A stretch of 38,232 nt of DNA from Methanobacteriota archaeon (GCA_043820925.1 JBDRDL010000002.1:1-38232); one strand, 5' to 3'; shown: positions 7,335 through 18,206, numbered from the stretch's first letter. Notes: generated by a model from the letters alone, not told the origin. Program-made: numbers and translations.

Positions 7335-9589
7335 TTTCTCACCCGTATTATTCTCCACATAGAATCGGCTTGATTTCCTTTGTCATCGTAGAGCAGTAAA
7401 AGAAGTCTGTAATTTCCGACCGGTGAGCCGGCCGGCAAGGAAATATTGATATTCTGAACAGAATTTTCAGTTACGTTGTAATGCTCTACGAATGCGCCTT
7501 TGCCAGTAGAATCGTGCAGCACAATTCCGAGCACTCCTTTGAAAGGCTTGGTTGATTCAACTCTTACGTCGAATTTTAAATCCTCTCCGATTCTGTAGCT
7601 TGGCTTGAAATTTTCTGGAATAAGGAAGGTATGCTCGTAAACTGCTTTATAAATCCTGACCTGTGAATTGGAGTAAATTAATTTATAGCTCTCGAAGCCC
7701 CTGCCGTCCAGAAACATTAGGGAGGTAAGAAGAGTATTCTGGAGCTTGGGCGGAATATAAACAATGAAATTTGTAGCAGGAAAATCTGGAATGCTCAATT
7801 CTCCCTGGGAAATGTAGACCTCGCCGGGATAGAACGGGATTGGAGCCTCTGAATATTCTCTTACAGCGAGCCTGCCTCTCTCTTTTTTATAAATTTTCTT
7901 TATGGCATAGATATTTCCACTCTCGTCCTTGTAGGTAAGTATTCCCTCACCAATTCCGGAATGAGGGGCAATATTATAGTATAAATCGGTGGTATTCAGA
8001 AACTCGCTTATATACGGTATTTTCGTCGCAATCTCAGTGGAAACAGCAACATATTTTACCCGATATTTTCTCAGGAAATCCAGAGTTTTTGATTCATTCG
8101 TTTCTAGGAAAAATCTGCTTATCTCTTTTATTCTTTCCATACTCTGCCCGTGGAGAGTATCAACCACGGTAGGAAAGCCTGCTACTCCCTGTACCCAGGA
8201 ACCATGCGCCCACCAGGTCAAAACTGCTCCCTCATCCTCGTTTTTCAGGGAGGTTAGAGCGGTGCGCCACTCGTCATTCATATGTGGTTTTACGCTGCCC
8301 GCAAAAGCAATACCGTGAAACGTGATGATTAAGAGAACAATATATGGAACTGCCTTTAACGGCTTAATTTTTCCTATAAAAAAAATAAAAAAACCGCTTG
8401 CTATTGCCAGCGGGATTGAAGCTAGGAAAGAGTACCTCACGGCTATTTTTAGAACGAATAGACTTGCCAGAATCCAGACTATCATGAAAAGCGCTCCTTC
8501 TGATTTCTTCTCATAAAATTGTTTAAAAAGCAGCAGGAGACCCGGCACGAACAAAGCGAGGGCGATGTGGTAAGACTCCCATGCCATATCGATTGTAGTG
8601 GGCTCCAGCTCTGTTATCGTACGGAATAAAACGGTTGTAGCCTTTACTCCACCGTAGCCGGTGAGCAGGTTTTCCAAGAGCTGCGGAAAAAGTACAGGCA
8701 CTGCTGCAAGAGAAATTGCAGCAGCAAAAAGCAGGATGTATGCCCTGCGTCTGGCATCTAAATGCCCTGTTTTGATTTTTAGAAATTCTAGACCCCCGGC
8801 TAACACAAGCGTTGCCGGATAGACGTACCTCACCAGGTCTCGGAGATAGCTCTCTGCGCCACGGGGCTGAAGTAAGAGTGAGTATTTAATTATCAAGATT
8901 CCCAGGCCTGCTGCCATCGCATAGCTCAGCAGGAGCTGCCTCGAGCTTTTTGCCTGATAAGCAAATAGAGAATAAAGTACAACGAATCCAGAAAGCACTA
9001 TAAATCCGAATAGAAAACCGTTCCAAACCAAGCCCATGAAGCCGAAGCTTAAGCCTGCTAAAATTGAAAATTTAACGCTTTTCTTGATATCGCTGCCCAG
9101 TGACAATAAGAAGAAATAAAAGCCGAGAACCATAAAAAAAACTGAGAAGGTATCGCCCCTGTAAAAGCCTGCAAAAGTTCTGTAGGAAAATGCAGGTAAG
9201 ACTGCCAGGATAGCTAAGGAATAGAAAGCTGTCCTTCTGTCGAAGATATGCTTCGCTAAAAAATAGGCAGGCACCAAGGTTAATGCGCCGGCTATAGGAG
9301 CCGCCAGCTTAAATGCCTCATGGAAAGAAAAACCGAAAAATTTTAGGATATTGTAGAAAAATACAGAAGCGTAATATAGAAGTGGAGCTTGCCCCATGCC
9401 TCCGCCTTCAGGATAATTCGACAAATACCACACGTATGGGAACTCGTTGTTCTCCAGGATATACTCCCCTATTTTATAGTAAACAAATTCGTCAGTGCCC
9501 AGGAGATAATACTTGTACGTTGCAATCCTCAAGGCAAAGGCTGCTGAAACAACTGCCGCAAGAACAGCTAGCTCTTTGAATTTATTCAT
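7331..9589 (-). CDS. aglB: STT3/AglB-family oligosaccharyltransferase-like protein
   Basis: Multi-TM N-terminus, GTDEF, YRGD and TITE motifs, variant WWAHG in place of WWDxG, extra C-terminal beta-rich domain. Confidence 0.85.
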   Translation of the reverse strand: MNKFKELAVLAAVVSAAFALRIATYKYYLLGTDEFVYYKIGEYILENNEFPYVWYLSNYPEGGGMGQAPLLYYASVFFYNILKFFGFSFHEAFKLAAPIAGALTLVPAYFLAKHIFDRRTAFYSLAILAVLPAFSYRTFAGFYRGDTFSVFFMVLGFYFFLLSLGSDIKKSVKFSILAGLSFGFMGLVWNGFLFGFIVLSGFVVLYSLFAYQAKSSRQLLLSYAMAAGLGILIIKYSLLLQPRGAESYLRDLVRYVYPATLVLAGGLEFLKIKTGHLDARRRAYILLFAAAISLAAVPVLFPQLLENLLTGYGGVKATTVLFRTITELEPTTIDMAWESYHIALALFVPGLLLLFKQFYEKKSEGALFMIVWILASLFVLKIAVRYSFLASIPLAIASGFFIFFIGKIKPLKAVPYIVLLIITFHGIAFAGSVKPHMNDEWRTALTSLKNEDEGAVLTWWAHGSWVQGVAGFPTVVDTLHGQSMERIKEISRFFLETNESKTLDFLRKYRVKYVAVSTEIATKIPYISEFLNTTDLYYNIAPHSGIGEGILTYKDESGNIYAIKKIYKKERGRLAVREYSEAPIPFYPGEVYISQGELSIPDFPATNFIVYIPPKLQNTLLTSLMFLDGRGFESYKLIYSNSQVRIYKAVYEHTFLIPENFKPSYRIGEDLKFDVRVESTKPFKGVLGIVLHDSTGKGAFVEHYNVTENSVQNINISLPAGSPVGNYRLLLLLYDDKGNQADSMWRIIRVRK

Positions 9590-10265
9590 GAGTGTAAAAA
9601 TTCTTTGTACTCCTTCTTATTATCTTAGCTTTCTTAAACTCCTTACGAGGATACGGAGTAGTAGAAGCAAAACCTTTAGCTGCGATGTATATCTCTGCGC
9701 TCCCGCTGCGGGACGCCTTTGGCTTCGTCGCCTTTACATAGCCAAACTTTTTTTTAACCTCGTTTAGAAATTCGCTGGTATGTTCGCCTTGAAAGATTTT
9801 AATCAGAAAATTCCCGCCCGGCTTGAGTATTCCATCAGCTATCGTCAGAACGCTCCTGCAGAGCTCAACTGACCTGAAATGGTCTATATCCCATACGCCA
9901 GAAATGTCCGGCGAGGCGTCCGAGATAATCACGTCGCAACCCGGCAGAATTTCTTTGATATTTTCAATCGTTTCTTTTTGAGTAAAGTCCCCCTGAATAC
10001 TTTTAACGTTTTCAAATCCAAAATCCTGAATTTTAGCTAAATCTACGCCCAGAACGAAACCCCTGCTGCCGGCGATTTCTCTCGCAACCTGCATCCAGCC
10101 GCCCGGAGCAGCGCCCAGGTCGAGAATTTTGTCCCCTCTTTTAATCAGGCTGAACCTCTCGTTTAACTGCCTGAGCTTAAAAGAAGCCCTCGAGCGGTAC
10201 TCCTCTTCCTTCGCTTTTTTGTAATAGTAATCCCTCTTTTTTTCCCTGAGCCAGCGCTTGGACAT
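9582..10265 (-). CDS. rlmE: 23S rRNA 2'-O-methyltransferase RlmE/FtsJ
   Basis: YRSRASFKL, DLGAAPGGW, ISDASP, KIFQG, KPKASRSGSAEIY. Confidence 0.95.
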   Translation of the reverse strand: MSKRWLREKKRDYYYKKAKEEEYRSRASFKLRQLNERFSLIKRGDKILDLGAAPGGWMQVAREIAGSRGFVLGVDLAKIQDFGFENVKSIQGDFTQKETIENIKEILPGCDVIISDASPDISGVWDIDHFRSVELCRSVLTIADGILKPGGNFLIKIFQGEHTSEFLNEVKKKFGYVKATKPKASRSGSAEIYIAAKGFASTTPYPRKEFKKAKIIRRSTKNFYTHE

Positions 10266-10304
10266 GATTAAACTTTATACTTGTGAAACTATAAACTTTA
10301 TCGT

Positions 10305-11564
10305 ATGCCAGATGTATTAATTGCGCTTGAAATAATAGCTCTGCTTGCACTCCTTTTCATGTCCGCATTCTTCTCCCTTTCAGAGACTGCGCTGATATCC
10401 TCGAACAAACTTCGCATAAGAAAGCTCGGCGAGGAGGGCATGGAGAGCGCACTGGTGGTGCAGAGGTTGATGGAGCATCCTAACAGACTGCTGGCTACCA
10501 TCTTGGTGGGTAACAATATAGTAAACGTGAGCGCAGCGGCAATTGCAACGTCGCTTGCAATAAATTTCTTCGGAAGCAAGGGCGTTGGGATAGCTATAGG
10601 AGTATTCACTTTTCTGATACTGGTTTTCGGTGAGATAACTCCAAAATCTCTCGCATTTCAAAAGGCGGAGAGAATTTCCCTGCTGGTTGCGAAGCCGCTG
10701 GATTTCTTGGTTAATATTCTCTACCCGCTGGTCAGAGCTCTTACTTTTATAACAAAAATAATCCTCAAGCCGTTTGGAGGAGAAGTGAAAAAGTTGAGCC
10801 CATATGTTACCGAGGAAGAAATAAAGATGCTTGTCGAGGTCGGCGAGAGGGAAGGAACCATCGAGAAGAGGGAGAGGGAGATGATACACAGCATTTTCGA
10901 ATTCACAGACAAAGTTGCAAGGGAAGCGATGATGCCGAGAGTTGATATGGACTGCGTGGATGTCAATCTCGATTTGAATAAAGCACTGAATATTGTACTC
11001 AGAACAAAGCACCGCAGGATACCTGTGTACGAGGGCAGCATCGATAATATAATCGGAATCGTCAACGCCCATGATTTACTGCACTATCTCAAAGAGCAGA
11101 AAGGCGCTGCCCTCAGAGACATTATAAGACCCACATACTATGTGCCAGAAACCAAAAAGCTGGGCGAGCTCTTTAAAGAAATGCAGGAAAAAAGGACGCA
11201 GATAGTAATAGTTGTGGATGAATACGGGGGCACGGCAGGCTTGATAACTCTAGAGGATCTGCTCGAGGAGATAGTCGGAGAAATACTGAATGAGTATGAT
11301 GCCGAGGAACCGCCTATAGAGATAATCAACGAGCACAGAGTGCTCGTGGACTCAAAAACAAGTATAAAAGAATTGAATGAAGTAGCTGGCTTAGACCTGC
11401 CAGAAGAAGAATTTGAGACGCTCGGGGGCTTGATATTCAACAAGCTCGGCAGAATCCCCTTGGTAGGGGAAAAGATAAGGGTTAAAAATATAACGATAGC
11501 TGTGGAAAAAATGAGGGGCAGGAGAATATCCAAGTTAAAAATTACGAAGCCCCGCAAAAGCTAA
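10305..11564 (+). CDS. CNNM/HlyC/CorC-family transporter (DUF21-CBS-CorC)
   Basis: SAFFSLSETA, FGEITPK, VVDEYGGTAGLITLEDLLEEIVGEI, ETLGG. Confidence 0.93.
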   Translation: MPDVLIALEIIALLALLFMSAFFSLSETALISSNKLRIRKLGEEGMESALVVQRLMEHPNRLLATILVGNNIVNVSAAAIATSLAINFFGSKGVGIAIGVFTFLILVFGEITPKSLAFQKAERISLLVAKPLDFLVNILYPLVRALTFITKIILKPFGGEVKKLSPYVTEEEIKMLVEVGEREGTIEKREREMIHSIFEFTDKVAREAMMPRVDMDCVDVNLDLNKALNIVLRTKHRRIPVYEGSIDNIIGIVNAHDLLHYLKEQKGAALRDIIRPTYYVPETKKLGELFKEMQEKRTQIVIVVDEYGGTAGLITLEDLLEEIVGEILNEYDAEEPPIEIINEHRVLVDSKTSIKELNEVAGLDLPEEEFETLGGLIFNKLGRIPLVGEKIRVKNITIAVEKMRGRRISKLKITKPRKS

Positions 11565-11818
11565 GCTCTTGGAATCCCTCCCTCGCTTATTATTATAACG
11601 TCCTTGACAGCTTTTACAGCTGTAAAAGGTATTAATATCTCTCCTCTCTCGTTCAGCCTAAAGAACCTGGCCTCTACGTCCTTGTCTGGCTTCACTATCA
11701 GCATTATTATTTTTCCGGCCAGAGTTTCTATTGACAGGTCGCTCAGCCTGCCGATAACAGTGCCCCTGTCGCTTACCACATTCCTCCCTAAAAGGCTTTT
11801 CCCAACCATTTTTGCCAT
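11561..11818 (-). CDS. PRC-barrel domain protein
   Basis: LLGRNVVSDRGTVIGRLSDL...IPFTAVKAVKDVIII. Confidence 0.85.
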   Translation of the reverse strand: MAKMVGKSLLGRNVVSDRGTVIGRLSDLSIETLAGKIIMLIVKPDKDVEARFFRLNERGEILIPFTAVKAVKDVIIISEGGIPRA

Positions 11819-11870
11819 GCCATGCCTCCTTATCTATCGGTATGTTTTACCATCTAGTACTTAAATTTTA

Positions 11871-12536
11871 TTAATCTGCCAATTCCCTTTTTACTCTCTT
11901 TATATCTCCTGCTTTTGGGCTTAAAAATATATCTGTGGCTAGTGTGAAAAGGAAGTATAACAGTAAGAGTATTTTTGCCCACTGCAGTATGCTCGCAACC
12001 AGCCCGAGGACCAGGCACGTCAGGGTGGCCGATATGGTTGCAATCGGGCCTGCGAGGTGCATTGCAGCTCTTTTTCTCGGATGCGCTTTTAGATATGAAG
12101 CATAATCTATCTTCAGGGTCGGCTCTATTTTTGCAGGACCGTTTAGGAAGTAGTACAAGAAATTTATTCCACAAAACCTGCCAACTGCGTAGTGAGCGAG
12201 CGGATGAACACTCATTGACAAGATTACCGAAGCAAGCACAAGACTTGAACTTCTTGTGAGCTCGCTTGGATGCGCGAAGCCGCGCCAAATCAGCGCGATT
12301 CCGAGGAGCATGGCAGAGATTTCAGCAGCATGCCCGAGCCAGATGTTTATCCTCAATCGAACTTTCTTTTCAGAAGCTTTCCTTTCTATCCTTCCAGCCT
12401 GCCCCGCAAACTTTGCAGATAGCTGCGGGTCTTTTTTTATCTTCGCCACGAGCTTCCAGAATCCAAGCTTCCTTAAGTTGTAATCGTGTTCTACTTCCTT
12501 CTCTATTCTTTCTAGCTCCTCATCTATTTCAGACAT
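11871..12536 (-). CDS. Hypothetical membrane protein with M50-peptidase-like layout
   Basis: TM helices, HPLAH, AGP and GD motifs. Confidence 0.65.
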   Translation of the reverse strand: MSEIDEELERIEKEVEHDYNLRKLGFWKLVAKIKKDPQLSAKFAGQAGRIERKASEKKVRLRINIWLGHAAEISAMLLGIALIWRGFAHPSELTRSSSLVLASVILSMSVHPLAHYAVGRFCGINFLYYFLNGPAKIEPTLKIDYASYLKAHPRKRAAMHLAGPIATISATLTCLVLGLVASILQWAKILLLLYFLFTLATDIFLSPKAGDIKRVKRELAD

Positions 12537-13914
12537 TTTGCATCTCTAAAATTTGTCTGAGTTTATCTAAAACTTCTCTCGGACTTTTTCCAAGAATTCT
12601 TATCATGGGCTCTTTTCCAACGCTGCCCAAATCGTATATAATGTCAGGCACTCCTTCCGTAAGGAAGATGGCATTTGCGTTAGCAAGAGCGCCAGACTTG
12701 CGCACTAGCTTCGCTATTCTCGCCAGCTTCCTATCGGAATTGCCGAGCTTTTTTATAGCCTGCGTCGTTCCCCACTCCATCGTCGAGACTCCTCTCGGCT
12801 CTTCCTTTCTGGAAAAAGAAGAAATCTTAAAGTGTTTGCAGGCTGCGAGGATTTCCTTAGAGTAGCGAATATTCGTAGCTGACCTTGCATTGCCGTCGAA
12901 TTTCATGGCAGCGAGCACGATGCCTGCAACGTGCTTCGAGGCTCCGAATTCCGCCTCTCCTATCGCTTTTACTTGCTCCTTTATCCTTATTATTCTCCCA
13001 GAAATGCCGGCAACATCGCTCAAGTTCCTTGCGCCGGCAAGTGCATAAGCTATATTAGTGCCTACTTGAGGAATTAGTCTGTAGAATCCGTCGAGTTCTT
13101 TCATCTCATTAACCGCTTCCCTCAGCTCAGAAATAACTCGAAACTTCTCGGAGTTTCTGAGCATTTCACCAGTCGGATTTATCACTCTTGCACCTTTTCC
13201 AGGAGCATATGCATTTTTTATTGCACTCGTTATAAACAGCTTTGCATTCCTCGTTGCATCGAGCAAATTTTTTCCCTTTGCGAGTTCGGCAGTAATCGCA
13301 GAAGCGAACACACAGCCTGAACCGTGCGCAGCATAGCCCAGCTTCTCTGCCTTAAATTCATAAAATTTTTTGTTATAGTAGAGAACGTCTGCAGAATTCA
13401 AATGCCCTCCCTTAACTAAAACATCGCACCCGAACCTGGAGATTTTTTTGCCAGCTTTCTTCATGTCTTCTATTCTTCGAATTTTCATTCCGCTGAGCAC
13501 TTCTGCTTCGAATAAATTTGGAGTAGCGATTGCTGCTTTCGGGAATAGATTCTCTGTCAAAGCTTCGACAGCATCTTCTTTCAGCAGCCTTCCTCCAGAC
13601 GCAGCAATCATCACAGGGTCAACGACGAGGGGATAATTTCCAGCTTCCTTAGCAACTGTTTTGATTATTTCCCTGCTGCTGAGCATTCCGGTCTTTGCCG
13701 CCATTACTTTAAAATCCTCATGAATTGCCTTGAACTGGGCAGATATGAAATCCAGAGGAACCTCAAAAACCTCTCTCACAGCTCTCGTGTTCTGGGCAGT
13801 TAGAGAAGTAATTACGCAAACTCCGTGCACACTTAAAGCCGCAAAAGTCTTCAAATCAGCCTGTATTCCAGCACCCCCGCCAGAATCAGAACCTGCGATT
13901 GTTAGCGCTGTCAT
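12529..13914 (-). CDS. thiD: HMP/HMP-P kinase fused to thiamine-phosphate synthase ThiN (ThiDN), carrying a ~29-aa repeat-derived insert
   Basis: [34 protein letters not shown]; ThiN part [35 protein letters not shown]. Confidence 0.93.
   Translation of the reverse strand: MTALTIAGSDSGGGAGIQADLKTFAALSVHGVCVITSLTAQNTRAVREVFEVPLDFISAQFKAIHEDFKVMAAKTGMLSSREIIKTVAKEAGNYPLVVDPVMIAASGGRLLKEDAVEALTENLFPKAAIATPNLFEAEVLSGMKIRRIEDMKKAGKKISRFGCDVLVKGGHLNSADVLYYNKKFYEFKAEKLGYAAHGSGCVFASAITAELAKGKNLLDATRNAKLFITSAIKNAYAPGKGARVINPTGEMLRNSEKFRVISELREAVNEMKELDGFYRLIPQVGTNIAYALAGARNLSDVAGISGRIIRIKEQVKAIGEAEFGASKHVAGIVLAAMKFDGNARSATNIRYSKEILAACKHFKISSFSRKEEPRGVSTMEWGTTQAIKKLGNSDRKLARIAKLVRKSGALANANAIFLTEGVPDIIYDLGSVGKEPMIRILGKSPREVLDKLRQILEMQNV
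12655..12739. repeat. Palindromic element B, copy 1 (in frame in thiDN, 49-nt loop)
   Basis: TTCCGTAAGGAAGATGGC...GCCAGCTTCCTATCGGAA; arms pair at 15 of 18 positions. Confidence 0.9.
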
Positions 13915-13964
13915 AGGATATAATATATAATCTTAATATATAAAAAGCGATAGGAAGATACAAA

Positions 13965-14747
13965 ATGAAAACGCAGGAACTCGTCAACTGGTTCAGGAAC
14001 AAAGGAAGCGTTGTCGTAGCGCTCTCGGGAGGAGTTGATAGTTCTGTTGTGGCGAAGGCAGCGTTTATAGCTCTCGGTGAAAAAGCAATTGCTGCGACAG
14101 CAAAATCTGCTACGCTTGCTTCGAGCGAGTTAAAAGCTGCAAAAAAAATTGCGAGAGAAATTGGAATAACCCATGAGATATTTGTTGAGGACGAATTCAA
14201 GAATCCAAAGTTTGCTGAAAATTCTCCTGAGCGCTGCTACCACTGCAGGAAGGGATTAACCGCAGGTCTCAAACAAGCTGCCAAAAAATACGGCGCAAAA
14301 CATATAGTCGACGGCGCAAATGCGGACGATGCATCGCAGCACCGCCCGGGGCTGAAAGCCATGGAGGAGAACGGCGTAAGAAGTCCGCTCATGGAGCTGG
14401 GAATTGGAAAGGAAGAGGTTCGCAGGATAGCGAAGCACTTCGACTTGAGTGTGAGCGACAAACCCTCGATGGCCTGCCTTGCCAGCAGGATTCCCTACGG
14501 CGAGAGAATAACTAAGGAAAAGCTCAGAAAAATTGAGGAAGCCGAAGATTTCATAAGAAAGCTCGGCTTCGAGCAGGTAAGGGTAAGGCACCACCGCAGC
14601 GTTGCAAGGATTGAGATTTCTGAAAAAGATATTTCAAAAGTGCTCAAATTCCGGAAGAAAATTTTGAAAAAATTGAAAAATAATTTTACATACGTTGCTC
14701 TCGACTTGGAAGGCTATCGCAGCGGCAGCATGGACGAAGTGTTATAG
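13965..14747 (+). CDS. larE: ATP-dependent sacrificial sulfur transferase LarE-like (PP-loop)
   Basis: SGGVDS, RCYHC, DGANADD...RPG, ACLASRIPYG, DLEGYRSGSM. Confidence 0.9.
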   Translation: MKTQELVNWFRNKGSVVVALSGGVDSSVVAKAAFIALGEKAIAATAKSATLASSELKAAKKIAREIGITHEIFVEDEFKNPKFAENSPERCYHCRKGLTAGLKQAAKKYGAKHIVDGANADDASQHRPGLKAMEENGVRSPLMELGIGKEEVRRIAKHFDLSVSDKPSMACLASRIPYGERITKEKLRKIEEAEDFIRKLGFEQVRVRHHRSVARIEISEKDISKVLKFRKKILKKLKNNFTYVALDLEGYRSGSMDEVL

Positions 14748-15077
14748 AGGTGAGACTATTTTAAATTTTATATATACATTAAGGAAATTAAAAGCGGAGA
14801 AAAGATGAAATGATATACGATTACTATGGAACTCGATTAAAGTACCCCGCCGGAGTTCCGCCAAACTTGCCCTGCATGCAATAAATTTAGGATACCCAAC
14901 TATTTTGGTAAGAGGAGATTTAACTACTCTTCAAACATTACTTTTGCAGGATATACCTCCAATTGTTTGCCAGCAATTGAGTGAAAACAATCCGTTAGGG
15001 CATTTCCGAGTGATATTAGGAATAAATAGATTCTAATACTCTGGCTGTACTCACCATAGAGAAATAAGCGTGAAAAA

Positions 15078-15380
15078 ATGAAAACCTATTGTGGGGTTTG
15101 TGGTAAAGAAACTGAGCAAGAAGAGGTAAAGGACGAGATTGCCCCTGGCGTATACGTTCGCTCAACCAAGTGTACAGTATGCAGCGAAGAGTGGACCACT
15201 CACGAAGAGCTAGAACGAGCTAAGAACGAACTCAGGAAGCTCGGAAAGATTGGCGAAGCTCTGGTATTGCGCATCCCAAAGGATATACAAAGACGAGGTC
15301 CGCATCAAAGTCAAAGTTTCCTAGATTATCTAATTCTGCGCATCACCGCTTCGTGCAGCCCAGGCTTTCTTCCCTGGTAA
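15078..15380 (+). pseudogene. Zinc-ribbon + AbrB-type antitoxin, frameshifted or deleted in the AbrB domain
   Basis: CGVC...CTVC, RKLGKIGEALVLRIPKDI, then DEVRIKVK continues in another frame; intact relative at 33056-33397. Confidence 0.6.
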
Positions 15381-15431
15381 AAGGCTTCTTCACGAACTGC
15401 ATAAATATACTTGCAAATATAAGGAATTCCG

Positions 15432-16088
15432 ATGGTTAGCGAGAAAAAGATGGAGAGACTCGAAAGAATCATAAGCAGGCTGAGGAGAAAGACTGCTCCG
15501 AAGCGCTACGGCGGCGAGCCTTTCAAAATTCTGATTTCGACAATTTTATCACAGCGCACGAAAGATGAGAACACTATAAAGGCTACCAGTAATCTTTTCT
15601 CAGCATATACGACACCAGACGAAATCGCCGATGCTAAGATAGGGAAAATTCAAAAACTGATAAAGCCTTCTGGCTTTTACAAGATAAAGGCAAAGAGAAT
15701 AAAGGAAGTTTCGAGGATAATCACTGAAAAATATAGCGGCAGAGTTCCAGACGACCTGGACGAGCTTCTTCAGCTGCCGGGCGTGGGGAGAAAGACTGCG
15801 AACTGCGTTCTGGTTTACGGCTTCGGGAAGAATGCGATTCCGGTCGATACGCACGTGCACAGAATCTCAAACCGCCTTGCCTTGGTAAAGACAAGAACGC
15901 CTGAGCAAACAGAGGAAGCTCTGAGAAAAACGATTCCTGAAAAATTCTGGCTGGACATCAACGAGCTATTCGTAAAATTCGGGCAGAATATCTGCAAGCC
16001 GATAAACCCTAAATGTGGGGAATGCTTTCTGGTGGAAGATTGCAAATTCAAATTAAAGCAGAAATTTCCCTCGCCAGTACATCTGTAA
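15432..16088 (+). CDS. nth: Endonuclease III
   Basis: [19 protein letters not shown]hH motif, VDTHVHR, C-terminal 4Fe-4S cysteines. Confidence 0.95.
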   Translation: MVSEKKMERLERIISRLRRKTAPKRYGGEPFKILISTILSQRTKDENTIKATSNLFSAYTTPDEIADAKIGKIQKLIKPSGFYKIKAKRIKEVSRIITEKYSGRVPDDLDELLQLPGVGRKTANCVLVYGFGKNAIPVDTHVHRISNRLALVKTRTPEQTEEALRKTIPEKFWLDINELFVKFGQNICKPINPKCGECFLVEDCKFKLKQKFPSPVHL

Positions 16089-17007
16089 ATTCATCAACTT
16101 TATTTAATAGTATTCTCGCACCTGCGGCAGAGGGATGCCCTCCTCCTGAGCCCCCCAACCTTGGTGCGATATTTCTGAGAGCATTGTCTAAATCCATTGG
16201 AAAATCTCCTCGCTTTCTCACGCTTATGTCCACGAAGCCGTTCCTGAGCTTTATTCCCATGCCAACTTTTTTGCCAGTAACTCCGATTGCAAACTTCGCA
16301 GCTTTGCCAGCCGAGACTCCTTCCCCGACTTCATCAACTATTGCAATCTCGCCGACTGTGCGAACGTTTTCTCTCACATATTCATAGAGCATCCACTCTT
16401 TTTTCGCAGACCTTATCGCATTCCTTACGACTCTATTGATAGAGCTCGGTGCCGCGCCGCTTGACAGCTCCTTCACCAATTCTCGTTTGAATTTGTAATC
16501 TCCCTTAGCCTCTCCGAGGCTCTGCGAGAGTAATCCAGCCTCTAAATAAATCGTCCTTTTGTCATAGAGGTAAAGCTCCTCTCTAACAAACTCTGTCTCG
16601 TCGCAGTAATCGCTTATCGCTCCATAGAGCGCTACCCTATTCAGGGGCATTGCATACTTCTGGAAGTGGCGGAAGATTAGCTCTGACGCAGACTTCGTCA
16701 CATCTCTAACAATGCGCGTGCAGGGCAGGTCGCTTGAAATAGTCCTCAGGGGCAGGGGATGGTGGTCGATGTAGATTATCTCGCCAGATTTCTTAATCCT
16801 GGAAAACTCTTTAAATATCTCCTCCTTGTCTTTCTCAGAAATAGCAACATCGCAGGTTATGACCAAATCCTCTCCAACATCTTTCAAATCTTTCAGCAGA
16901 CCTGCTGGATGCGTGAACCAGACCTCTGCTTCGGGATACCTCGCAAGTGCAAGCGCTCCGGAGCAAATTCCGTCAGTATCGCCGTGGGTGAGAATTTTTA
17001 CCTTCAT
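16048..17007 (-). CDS. DHH/DHHA1-family phosphoesterase
   Basis: [23 protein letters not shown]. Confidence 0.9.
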   Translation of the reverse strand: MKVKILTHGDTDGICSGALALARYPEAEVWFTHPAGLLKDLKDVGEDLVITCDVAISEKDKEEIFKEFSRIKKSGEIIYIDHHPLPLRTISSDLPCTRIVRDVTKSASELIFRHFQKYAMPLNRVALYGAISDYCDETEFVREELYLYDKRTIYLEAGLLSQSLGEAKGDYKFKRELVKELSSGAAPSSINRVVRNAIRSAKKEWMLYEYVRENVRTVGEIAIVDEVGEGVSAGKAAKFAIGVTGKKVGMGIKLRNGFVDISVRKRGDFPMDLDNALRNIAPRLGGSGGGHPSAAGARILLNKVDEFTDVLAREISALI

Positions 17008-17237
17008 ATGTTTGCTGCTATCAAAGTTTCAGTTCTCGCCACACCCTCAACTTTGCAAATCTTCCTAACAACCATTGCAGCGGCATTGTCTAAATCCTTG
17101 ACGTCCGCCATCGCAATGATGTCGTATCTTCCGAAGACCGCATAAGCTCTCGTAACGCCTTCGATTTTCCTGACAGCCTCGAGCACGCTTTTCACTTTCC
17201 CTGGAGCAGCATTTATCAAAATTCCTGCAACTACCAT
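17004..17237 (-). CDS. Stand-alone Lrp/AsnC ligand-binding (RAM) domain protein
   Basis: VFGRYDIIA...GVARTETLI pattern, 77 aa, no HTH. Confidence 0.85.
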   Translation of the reverse strand: MVVAGILINAAPGKVKSVLEAVRKIEGVTRAYAVFGRYDIIAMADVKDLDNAAAMVVRKICKVEGVARTETLIAANI

Positions 17238-17371
17238 ACAATCACCTCATTATATCGTTCATTCGACAGGTATAAAGTTTTACCCCAAAATATTGGCTAC
17301 ATATGAAAGGCTGTTGAACGCAAATTAAATTTTTAATGTTAAATTATGATATTTAAGAAAAAGGTGCATCT

Positions 17372-18205
17372 ATGGAAGTGGGTAAAATAGCGTATTTGAT
17401 GGATGTAGGCAGAGATTCAGTAGTTTTTAAAAGGGAATCTGCAAGTGACCGAAGGGAGCTGAGCTACAAGAAAAGCAAGTGCGTCGGCTGCTGGCTTTGC
17501 TGTGAAGCATGCCCTGTAGAGGCTATAGATAAAAACCCGGTCGGAATAGTCGAGGGCAAGGCAGTCGACCACCCTGCGATTGTTATTGACTCTGAGAAGT
17601 GCGTTCTCTGCGGAATATGCGCAGAAGTCTGCCTTTTCGATTCTCTGGATTTGAAAATAAACGGGAAGCCGATTAGAAGTCTCGAAGGTTATCCTCGCCT
17701 CGAGAAGCTATACAAAATCGATGGAAATAAATGCAAGCCGAAGGATGAAAAGGTATGTAGGGACTGCGAGGAGGTCTGCCCGAGAGATGCGCTGAAGTGC
17801 AGGATAGAATTCGACGGAAGCAGGACAAAAAATATCGTGGAGAGAAACGAAAGTTTCTGCATCTTATGCACCACCTGCAAACTTGCCTGCCCGGAAGATG
17901 CGATAAGCGCAGAAAAAGTCTTCGGGGGCGAAATTAAAGTTGATTTGGAGAAATGTCAGGGCTGCGGTGTTTGCGTGGAAGTATGCCCCTCGAGGGCGCT
18001 TAGCATGCCGAAGCCGAAGTTTGGAGAAAGAGTCGAAAAGCTCGTGATAAACGATGCTTGCATTTACTGCGGTGCATGCGTTAACGCCTGTCCAACGGAT
18101 GCGCTCGATGTTAAGAGAAAGGGTATAAAATATAGTAGAGATATACAGAAATCATGGAGCGGTAAAAGAGCAAAAATATTTGAGAAGTTGCTTTCAGGAG
18201 GCTAG
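17372..18205 (+). CDS. Polyferredoxin (FwdF-like)
   Basis: Six CxxCxxCxxxCP-type motifs. Confidence 0.85.
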   Translation: MEVGKIAYLMDVGRDSVVFKRESASDRRELSYKKSKCVGCWLCCEACPVEAIDKNPVGIVEGKAVDHPAIVIDSEKCVLCGICAEVCLFDSLDLKINGKPIRSLEGYPRLEKLYKIDGNKCKPKDEKVCRDCEEVCPRDALKCRIEFDGSRTKNIVERNESFCILCTTCKLACPEDAISAEKVFGGEIKVDLEKCQGCGVCVEVCPSRALSMPKPKFGERVEKLVINDACIYCGACVNACPTDALDVKRKGIKYSRDIQKSWSGKRAKIFEKLLSGG

Positions 18206-18206
18206 C

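Noticed and set aside
9638..9659. ACTCC...GGAGT hairpin in the rlmE C-terminal extension as another coding insert
   Set aside because: Short stem with only weak similarity to B; not distinguishable from chance by eye
10298..11557. Long antisense ORFs over the CNNM gene (similarly over iscS, P-type ATPase, asd and the ferredoxins)
   Set aside because: Shadow ORFs opposite well-supported genes
12655..12739. B inserts as inteins or BHB introns
   Set aside because: Far too short for an intein and lacking its terminal motifs; I could not identify a bulge-helix-bulge at the junctions and the reading frame stays open, though splicing is not formally excluded
14748..15077. 330-bp spacer possibly holding a decayed toxin gene
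   Set aside because: No convincing ORF or motif could be read
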